Below are positions 63,125-64,000 of a DNA stretch of 64,000 nt, one piece after another (within the stretch, counting starts at the first letter, position 1; each line of letters opens with the position of its first letter). Below the pieces are notes generated by a model. That model was given only the letters and a program-made list of their open reading frames with translations, was not told the DNA's origin and made no database searches. Position numbers and translations under genes: made by a program. The DNA comes from Tricharina praecox. Taxonomy: Eukaryota. The DNA is taken from contig NW_026250404.1 of assembly GCF_024521635.1 (NCBI RefSeq), forward strand, positions 2,170,001 to 2,234,000, in the 5' to 3' direction.

Positions 63125-63914
63125 CGGCGCCAGTATTACCTGTATGGCCGCACGCGGAGGGTGAGGGGGGGGGGTCTCCTGGGCGACACCAGTACTGCCT
63201 CCATTGCAGTGGGAGGGGGTCGGCGGGTGAAATCGAATGTGATTAGTAGTGGGCTTCAACGTTGGCGGGCATGGCGGGGTCGACCAAGTGCGGAGAAGTA
63301 CTTAAGTCCGCCCCGCAACTCCTCCCCCTTCTCCCGCCGCAACTCCTCTCTCACTACAACTACTCCCCCACCACAACTTCTCCCCCACCGCAACTACTAC
63401 ATCCGCTGATACCTCCCTTCTGATATAGCTTCTACTCCTGCCGTATCTCCTGCTCTCGCCATAACTGCTACTCCCGCTGCAATTGCTATCTCCCTCCTGC
63501 CACAACTCTATTCCACTTGATAGCTCATATCTCATATAGCTTCCACTCCTGCCGCAACTACTACCCCCCGCCGACAGTTCCTCTTCATCTCGAAGACAGC
63601 TTCTCCTTCTCACTGATAGCTCCCCCTCGCTGGTAAGTCCTCCTCCCTAGCACTCCTCCTCGCTAACCACTCCTCCCCACTGACAAGTCCTCCTCACTGG
63701 CCACTCATCCTTTTCGCTAGTAGCTCTTCTCGCTGTCAACTCCTCCACCTTCTAGCCAATAGCTCCTCCTCTTGCAAACAAGTACTCCTCACTAATAACT
63801 ACTCCTCGCTAACAGTTTCTCTTTATCTTGCCGACACCACTGCAACCTGCCCACAGACAGTGTAAGAAGGGCACCGGTGGCAGGGTGCCTGGATTGGAAG
63901 CACGAGCCGCCTAC

Positions 63915-63932
63915 AGTAGTAGTAGTAGTAGT

Positions 63933-64000
<68 letters not shown>
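63915..64000. repeat. (TAG)n microsatellite running off the window end
   Basis: About 28 copies with one interruption. Confidence 0.95.

Noticed and set aside
63915..64000. Terminal repeat as a telomere
   Set aside because: It is a (TAG)n trinucleotide microsatellite, not TTAGGG.

Overview
Eukaryotic, intron-containing DNA from a filamentous ascomycete: GT-AG introns of about 50-130 nt with CTRAY branch sites. Pezizomycetes is my inference, not something I can prove from the sequence. I can support about 16 protein-coding genes and one pseudogene. In order: Cu-only GPI-anchored SOD, a disrupted ankyrin-repeat gene, RPL11 head-to-head with SMB1, an Mtf2-like protein, complex I 23-kDa subunit head-to-head with mitochondrial ACP, VPS74, IES1, SSO-type syntaxin, a hypothetical protein, an unannotated 83-aa secreted/GPI-like peptide, eIF3j, LCP5, a Kex2-processed repeat precursor, FUN14, a DUF3020 protein and a secreted intradiol dioxygenase-like protein. 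Long intergenic stretches are rich in micro- and minisatellites. Highlights: (1) an 18-copy Kex2/Ste13-type precursor releasing a Cys-free peptide GWISTIGKPP, a candidate divergent alpha-type pheromone or new secreted peptide; (2) an ankyrin gene with three in-frame TAG stops that fit RIP or sexual-stage A-to-I editing; (3) an RPL11 intron whose 5' splice site can pair with its own branch site; (4) a tiny spliced signal-peptide/KR/GPI-like gene missed by the ORF track. No tRNA, rRNA or CRISPR was found.
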